From Centroscyllium fabricii (Eukaryota): a DNA stretch of 64,000 bases. The stretch spans positions 9,424,001-9,488,000 of the forward strand of contig JBNRSN020000010.1 of assembly GCA_051313645.2 (NCBI GenBank), read 5' to 3'. Below, piece by piece: positions 12,701 through 21,700 of the stretch. A program made the translations under genes and the position numbers. Every line of letters begins with the position of its first letter. The stretch's first letter is position 1. The notes beneath the pieces are model-generated. The model saw nothing but the letters and a program-made list of their open reading frames with translations, ran no database searches and was not told where the DNA came from.

Positions 12701-15700
12701 TGCCGGTTTGATGACGATGTTGCGGTTGGTCTTGAGAGCGCGGATGGTGTCGCGTTGTGCTCGGTTGACATTCTGGACTGTCTTGTGAGTGCGGCTGATG
12801 AATTTGGCATTGATGCCTCTCCTGACAGCTTGAGCATACATGTCCAGCTTAGGGCAGCGGCCCTCTGGAGGGGTCCAATTCGATTCTTTCTTCTTTGGTT
12901 GCTGCATTGCGTATTCCTCTATCAGCTGTTCCGGATCATTGATTGTCTCGTTTAACGTTCATCGATCAGCCTTAGCTTTAAAATGTTCAATTGAACCCTA
13001 CACAGAACAGCATTGTAGGGGAAGTTTAACAGGTTTCCAAAATCCTTAATTGGAACAATTGCTTTCTGACATCAGCCCTGACTGGTCGTGCACTGGTCAC
13101 GGTGGCACAGTGGTTAGCATTGTTGCCTCACAGCACTGGAGACCCGGGTTCAAATCCGGTCCTCGGGTACTATCTGTGTGGAGTTTGCACATTCTCCCAG
13201 TGTCTGCGTGGGTTTCCTCCGGGTGCTCCGGATCCTCCAGCAGTCCAAAGTCCAAAGATGTGCGGGTTAGTTTGTTTGTCCAGGATAAATTGACCCTTAG
13301 TGTTAGGGGGACTTAATATATGGGGTTATGGGGATAGGGTGGGATATGTGTCGGTGCAGGCTCGATAGGAATCGAGGGATATGTGGAGAGGGCAGTGGCG
13401 GGATACTGGGTTTCGATGATCAGTTATGATCTCATTGAATGGCGGAGCAGGCTCGAAGGGCCGAGTGGCCTATTCCTGCTCCTAGTTTCTATGTATATGT
13501 CTATGTTCTATGTTTATTTTAAAGGTTATTTTCTTGACTCCCCCACTCAGATTTTGGTCTTTGAAATGGATAATTTAATTATCTTAAACACCTTAGTCAG
13601 ATGACCGCTTAATATTCTATACCCGAGGGAATAAAGATCAATTCTATGCAAATCGTACTCCTAATGAAAATTAGTTTAGCAATTCTGGTGAACTATAACA
13701 AGTGTCTTCAATTCTGAAGCATAATTCTCTGGCTGATTATTCATAGGCCATTTAACTGAAATCGTATTGGGCCCTGGTGAGACCACAACTGGATTATTGC
13801 GTACAGTTTATGTCTCCTTACCTGAGGAAGGATATACTAACCATAGAGTGACTGCAACGAATAGTCACCAGAATGTTTCCATAGATAGGGTGATTGTCCT
13901 ATGCGGGAGATGGTGTAAACTATGCCGATATTGTATAGAGTTTAGAAGAATGAGAGGTGATCTCATTGAAACATTAACAATCCTTACGGGCTCGACAGGT
14001 TAGATTCAGGGAGGCTGTTTCACCTCGCTGGGGTGTTTAATAACAAGGGTCACAGTCTCTGAATAACGGTTCGGCCATTTAAGACTGAAATTATGTGAAA
14101 CGCCTTCCCTCAGTGGGTGGTAAATTTTTAGAATACTCTCTCCCAGAGGGCTGTGGATGCTCAGTGGTTCAGTATATTCAAAATAGAGATCGATAGATTT
14201 GTTTAATATTGAGAGAATTAAGGGACATGTGGATTTTGCAACAACGTTGAGATGAGGTAGAAGATGCCATGATCATTACTTAATTGCGCAGCGGGCTCTA
14301 AGAGCCAAAGGACCCTTATCCTGCTCCTATTTCTTACAATTTTATGTTCTAAATGTTGAAAACAACAGCAATAAATAAATAACGATATCGATAAATAAAG
14401 TGATTTGCATATATTTGGGTGCAGACATTATTGCTTCTGCCTTTACCTTCGGCATTCTTATTCGTCTGTTTGTTCGCTATTTTTAACAGAAATGTTATTC
14501 GGTTTAGAATAGTTGATGCCTGCGAGAAAATAGCGATAATCGGAGGAACATTACAGCAAAGTGGTACGCGGCAATACATCAAATTAATAAAACGGTTTAA
14601 CGTCTCATCCAATCAATTCTGACCAGATTTAAATTCCTCCAAATATATTCTACTATGGATATAAGACAGAAACTCACCGATAGCGCGCCACTCCAGTGTG
14701 TTCTATGCGATCCTGTCACCGATCTCGGACTCATCATAAAAAGCATCCAGATTATTATGAAAATCAATCCCAACAGAATCTGAATAACCTGAAACAGGAG
14801 AAGTATCGCACTGGGGAAACAAAGCTAACATGTATAAAATCGTACAGAATATAACAATGGGCCCTGTCTTCCTGTGGCCCGATTGCTGCGGGTGCGTGTA
14901 GATTTGCACCCGTACGAGATTTTTTTATTTTTTATCTGCTGGACTTCCTGTGTGAAATGTCGGGTTTTTTTCGTGGGGAGGGGTCTGTTTTTTTTTCCTG
15001 CGTTGTGCTTTGTGCGTTGGTCGGGTGATGGTCACGCCCCCTGAGGTCGGCTTTTTGAGACCACGCCCCCACAGAACGCACAGATCAAAGAAAGAATCAA
15101 CTGTTCAACTAAAGAAAAGATCAGGTAAGGAAGAACTTTTTCTTTGTTTTTTTAAAGTTTGTAGGAAGCTGGTCTTACAGCTTGTAAATCTGATGGTTTA
15201 TATATTTTTTGCTGATAGTTAAAAAAATCGGGAATTCACGATTTTTTTAACTATCACCAAAATAATTATAAACCTTCACATTTACAAGCTGTAATACCGC
15301 AAACATGGTCTTACAACTTGTAAATGTTAAGCTTTATATATTTTTTGCTGATAGTTCAAAAAATCGGCGATTTCAACGCGATGCCAGCAGCTGATAGCTG
15401 AGTGGTTGAGATCTCGTTGAAATCGCCGATTTTTTGAACTATCAGCAAAAAATATATAAAGCTTAACATTTACAAGTTGTAAATGTGAAGCTTTAGATAT
15501 TTTTTGGTGATAGTGAAACAAATCGGGGATTTCAACGCTGAGATCGCGTTCAAATTCCCGATGTTTTTAACTATCACCAAAATATACATAAACCTTCACA
15601 TTTATAAGCTGTAAGACCACAAACAAATATCTCCAAAGGAATATATATTTTTTTAACTTTAAACCTGTTTTTTTCACTTTTCAAACCTGCCTGCACCCTG

Positions 15701-18700
15701 TTAAGACTGCTTTTTACATGGGCAGAAAAATGGAGGCTTCCCCACGTTGTACACCTGTATATTGAGCAGCTGACTACACGAAGTCTGCAGCTCAAAGTGC
15801 TTCCTGGGGAGGAAGCTGAAGCCCCTTGCCCATCAGCACAGGAAGTTCACGTTTCTGGTAATCACCTGAGCTTCCTCCCCACGAAGCATTTCTGACCCCC
15901 CTTCGTGGGGAGGCAGCTCTTCTGGAGCACAGGAAGGCAGGGCCCAATGTGTGTCAAAGCGAGAGAGGGCAGAGGTAGCGAGAGAGAGGGGTGGGAGATG
16001 GAGACCGTGGGAAAGGAGGAGAGAGTGATCAAGGTAAGAGACAAGAAAAGCTTTGTTGAAAGTTGTTTGAGGTGATTCGATTAGCTAATTTTTAGAAAGC
16101 AATAAGTTCATTTAAATGGTCAAAGAGTCCGAGCATTTTATTGATTTGATTTTTAGTGTTAGAGCAGACATGGGAGAAAGGGGAACGCGAATCTTGTCTT
16201 TCGCTATCAACCGTAAACTGTTTGCAAATGCAAGGATACAAATTGATTGAAAGAAAACAGGTAGTGAACCATTTTCAAATGATAATTGTAGGCATAGAAA
16301 CCCAAAATGAAAAGTGATCCAACAATAGCTATCAAACGAAGGAAAAGCTAGTATTAAGACAAAGGAGGACCCTTTTAAGGTTGCCAGAAAAAGCGGTCAA
16401 CCTGTGCATTGGAATATGTTCAGATATGAGCAAATGGGGACCAACAATTTGACAAAGCAATGGAAAATATTAACTGGCGAAAAATATAAAAACGTATTGT
16501 AAAAGCTTCTATTGATGTGTGAAAAGGAAAGCATTGGTGTAGGTAAAACTAGGCCGTTTGCAGTCAGAATCGCGATAGTTTTAAATGGGAAATGAAGAAT
16601 TGGCTGTGAAATTAAAAACATATTCTGATGTTGCCTTCACGGAGGAAGACATAAACATCCTGACAGAAATATTAGAAAGCCAAGGATGTGCCGAGAATGA
16701 GGAACGTAAAAATTATTTTATTAGTAAAAAAACAGCACTAGGAAAATTAATTGCACTAAAAGTCGACAAATCCCTAGGACAGGATGACCTACATCCTAGG
16801 GTAGTGAAAGAGGTGGCCTTTGGAATCGTGAACGCATTGGTTGCATCTTGCTAAATTCTATAGATTCGGGAAATGTTCCTGTATATTGTAACGATAGACA
16901 ATATAACATAGAAACAGAGAAATATAGAAGATAGGAACAGGAGCGGTCCGTTCGGCCCCCAAGCCTGCTCCACCATTCGATAAAATCATGGCTGATCGTC
17001 AAAACTCAGTACAAATTTCCTGCCTTCTTCCAATATCCCTTGATACCTTAAGCTCTTCAAATTATACCTATCTTCTTCTTCCATAAAATTAATGGCTTGG
17101 CCTCAACTACAAACTGTGGTGGAGAATTTCGCAGGTTCACCACTCTCTCGGTGAATCAATTATTCCTCATCTCCGTCCTGACTGGCCTACCCCTTATCCT
17201 TAGACTGTGCCCCTGCTTCTGGACTCTGCGACAATCGGGAACATTCTTCCTGCTTCTAGTTTGACCAGACCAGTCAGAATTTTATAAGTTTAGATGAGAT
17301 CCCCTCTCATTCTTCTGAACTCCAGCGGGTATAAGTCTAATCGATCCAAAATGCGCATCAAACATTATTCCTGCCATTCCAGGTATCAGCCTTGTGAACC
17401 TTCGCTGTTCTCCTTCCATGGCAAGAAGATCCTTCCTCAGATAAGACGAACAAAACTGCACACAATACTCAAGATGTGGTCTCACCAAGGCCCTGTACAA
17501 CTGCAGCAAGACATCTTGGTTCAGGTACTCAATCCCTTTCGCTATGAGGGCCAACATACCATTCGCCTTCTTCCCTGCCGGCTGCACCTGCATGCTTACC
17601 TTCAACGACTGGTGCACAAGAGCGCCCAGGTCTCGTTTCATCTGCCCGTCTCCCAATCTATTTCCATTCAGGTAATAGTCTGTCTTTCTGTTTTTGACAT
17701 TAAGTGGATAATCGCATTTATCCACGTTGTATTGCATTCACCAGCATTCTGCCCAATCACACACCCTGTCCAAATCATCCTGGTGCTTCTCGGTATCCTC
17801 CTCGCAGCACACACGCCCACCCAGCTTTGTGTCGTCCGCAAGCTTTGGATATATCACATCTAGTATCCTTATCTAGTTCATTAATGTATATTGTGAGTAG
17901 CTGTGGTACAAGGACAGATCCCTGCGGTACCCCATTAATCACTGCCTGCCACTCGGAAAAACACCCGTTATTTCTAACACTCTGCTTTCTGTCCGCCAAC
18001 CAGTTTTCTATCCAAGTCGTTACCTTGCCCCCAATTCAATGTACCATACATTTACACGCTAATCTCTTATGCTGGATATTAAGAAAGCCTTTTGAAAGTC
18101 CAAATACACCAAATGTACTGGTTCACCCTTATGTATTTTCCCAGTTACGGCCTCAACAAAATCCGATAGATTAGTCAATCATGATTTACCTTTATTAAAT
18201 CCATGTTGACTTTGTCCGACACTGTCACTGATTTCCAAGTGCACAGCTACTACATCCTTTATAGTGGACTCTAGCATTTTCCCCACAATAATGTCAGTCT
18301 TGCTGGTCTGTAATTCCCTGTTTTCTCTCTACCACCATTTTTGAATACCTGGGTAACATTCGCTACCCTCCAATCATTGGTACAGTTTCAGATTTAAGCG
18401 ACTTCTGAAAGATGATCAGTAATCAATCTACTATTTCTAGAGGCACTTCCTTAAGTATACTAGGATATAGAGTATCAGTCATTCATTAGTGATTAATCGG
18501 ACTAAAAAACCGTCAGTTTCCCTAGCAACATTTCCCTACAAATGCTGAGTTATTTTAGTTCCTCCCTTTATTCAGCCAGTATGCTCTCCAACATCGCTGG
18601 GAGGTTTTTGTGTTCTCCTTTAGGAAGACAGAATCAAAATATGCATTGAATAGATCTACCATTTCTTTGTTCCCCATTGTAACTCCCCACGCTTCAGACT

Positions 18701-21700
18701 GCAAGGGACCTACACATGGTTTCACTAATCCTTTTCTCTTCACAGAACTATAAAACCTTTTACAGTCAGTTTTTCGTTCCCTGAAATCTTATCTGAATAT
18801 TCCATTTTCCCCTTCTTCATTATTACATTTGTCCTACTTTTGTTGAATGCTAAACTGCTCCCAATCCTCAGGGTTAACGTTTTTTCTGGCCAATGTATAT
18901 GCCCTCTCCTTGGATCATATGCTATCCTTAATTTCCCTTGTTAGCCACGTTTGAGTCAGCCTATTTGTTTGATTCTTATGCCAAACTGTGACAAACAAAT
19001 TGTGCAGTAACCCCGCAATTTAAGGATCAAGGGTGAGAGAAAACGAAGAAAAACAGACCTGTTAGCCTCACATCAGTATTTGGGAAAATGCTGGAATCTA
19101 TTACAAAGAATGTAATAACTGGGGACTTAGAAATTCATTTTACGATTAGGCAGAGGCAACATGGATTTATGAAAGGACAATCATGTTTGTTAAATGTATT
19201 GGAGTTATTGAGGATGCAACTACAAGAGTAGACAAAGCGGAACTGATAGATGTGGTTTAACTGGATGTTCCGACGGCCATCGATAAGTTCCTACACAAGA
19301 GGATGGTGAATAAAATGAGGGCACGTGTAATGGGGTGTAATAGGCTTGCATGGATTGAGAATCAGTTAGCAGACAAAAAGCAAAGTACAGGGCTAAACGG
19401 TTCATTTTCAGCATCGTAGGCTGTGACTCGTGCGGAACCGCAAGGATCCGTGCTTGGGCCCCAGATATACACAATCTATTAAATCATTGGGAAGAGTGGA
19501 CGAAATGTTACATTTCCTAATTTGCTGACAATACGAATATATTTAGTAGTGTCATTTGTAAAAAGGATGTGAAGAGGCTTCAGGTGGATCTCCACTTGCT
19601 TAGGGACTGGGCGAGAAAGTAACAGATGGAATATAAGGTGGACAAATGTGAAGTTATCCACCTTCGTAGAACAAATAGAAAGGCAGAGCACTTGCTAAAT
19701 GATGAAACATTGGGGAATGCAGGTGCTAAAGGGACCTGGGTGTAGTTGTATATGAGTCACTGAAATTGAACGTGCAGGTACAGTAAGCCATTACGAAGGT
19801 AAATGGTCGGCTGGGCTTTATTACAAGAGGATTTGAGTACAGGAGAAAACATGTCTTACTCCATGTATATAGTGCCTTTCTGAGACGACACCAGGAGTAT
19901 TGTGAACAATTTTGGTCTCCTTACCTATGGAAGGATATACTTGCCATAGAGGTAATGCAACGAACTTTCAGGAGATTGATTCCTGTGATGGCGGGACTCT
20001 CATATTGGAAGAGATTGAATGAAGTAGGCATTTACTCTCTTGAATTCAGAAGAATGAGAGGGGATCTAATTGAAGAATATACAGTTAATACAGGACTTGA
20101 TATGTTAGATGCTGGGAGAAAGTATCCCTTATCTGGGGAGTCTAGAACCATGGGCCACAGCCTCAAAATAAAGAGTAGGGCAATTAGGACTGAGATGAGA
20201 AGAATGTTTTTCATGCCGAGGATGGTGAATCTTTGAAGCTATGCAGGTTCATACATTGTGTATGTTAAAAGCAGAAGTAGATAGATTTCGGACTTGTAAG
20301 AGCAGCAAGGAAATGACGATGGGGCCGGTGATGGAGTTGAGGCAGGAGATCAGCCTTAATCTCATAATGGCGGAGCAGCCTCGAAAAGCCGACGGGCAAT
20401 TTCGGGCTTCTATTTGTTCTGTTGTTATGTTCTTACAGGCCATGACACCCTATACCACAGTAAAATATAAACATGTATCTACTTACTGCGTTTTAAAGAA
20501 AATTTGTAAACAGGCAAGCTTCGAAAAAGTGCCTTGAAATTCATTGCGGGCATGACAGAAATGTGAGGTATCGGATCGGCGGCCAAGTTATCAGCAGTTA
20601 TGTTCAGTCCCAATAATTGCAATGGAGCTGAATATCAGGCGCTATGAACACCAGCCCCCCACCTGATATCGCCCGTTTTGCGTCACTGCTCGAGTCGAAT
20701 GTTTAGCTCATAAAGCGGGGTAATCACCTGAAAAGGTGGCCACGGCAAAATGTGCAAATATGGATTACGTAGACAGAGACCAAGTCTGTATTATGGTTTA
20801 AGAATATACACTGTTTGCCACGAAGGCAGAACTTTCTCTGGTTGGTCAGGGTGCACGCATCCGTGCGGATGGCATGCAGTGATGGGACTGTTCGCTCCTC
20901 GCCTGGGGAACACGGGCTGTGTGGTGATCTTGGGTGGGAGCTTTTCAGCGTCAGTTCGAAGGGTTAGGGTCAGTTGCGAGCCTGCGGACATGCAGTCAGT
21001 CTTGCGCCGAAAGTGATCACTCGTCTGGGGAACCAGTTTTTATAATTTACATCTCATTCTGTCATTTACTATGAAACTGTATTTAAATTGTAATGTTGTT
21101 ATTGTTCAATGTAATAAAGCTTGTTATTATTTTAAAAAGCACGAGGGTGTCTCATGAGCTGATTTATTGTCGCCAGACTAGCAATCTTTTGTTATGACAA
21201 TGGCTCTGGAGGAAATTCTCCAAAAGCTATATGTTTGTGGACCACAGTAAATAATCACTCACTCCAGAACCGGCGCATCGTGGCTACAGTGTGCACTAAC
21301 TACAGGATGCACTGCAGCAAATCGCTTAGAATTCTAAAACTTCATCGCACAAGACCGCAAACTTCACATCTAAAATGACAATGGCAGCAGACCCTGGGCA
21401 TATCATTAATTCCCCTCAAACACACACACAATCCCGACGTTGACATGCATCCGCCGTTCCTTCATTGTCATTGGATTATAAACTTTGAGCTACTCGGCTG
21501 ACAGCACTGTGGGTTTACCTTCATAACATATTTTGCAGCTGCTCAACCACAAGGGGCACTACGATTTTCTCAAGTGGAAATTGTCTGAGAAGTAAATGTT
21601 GAAATTGCTAGCGAGACCCATATCCACAGAAATAATTTATAAAAAGAATAGCCCATAATGATACTAAGGGACATAATTCCAGTTGTTAGTCCCAACGAAA

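Larger units (their letters stand above)
10446..12954 (-). mobile_element. Penelope-like retroelement (Poseidon-type), 5'-truncated, young
   Basis: Contains the intact RT plus GIY-YIG ORF and a 3' region with a hammerhead motif and AATAAA. The frame stays open up to the junction near 12954. Confidence 0.92.
10300..13750 (-). mobile_element. Old CR1 fragment split by the Penelope (10446-12954) and HE1-like SINE (13095-13513) insertions
   Basis: CR1 3' UTR-like sequence at 10300-10445 resumes at 12955-13090 and again at 13515-13750. Confidence 0.55.

Noticed and set aside
13095-13165. tRNA genes (also at 25075 and 33834)
   Set aside because: The A/B boxes run straight into SINE bodies, and no complete cloverleaf is evident.
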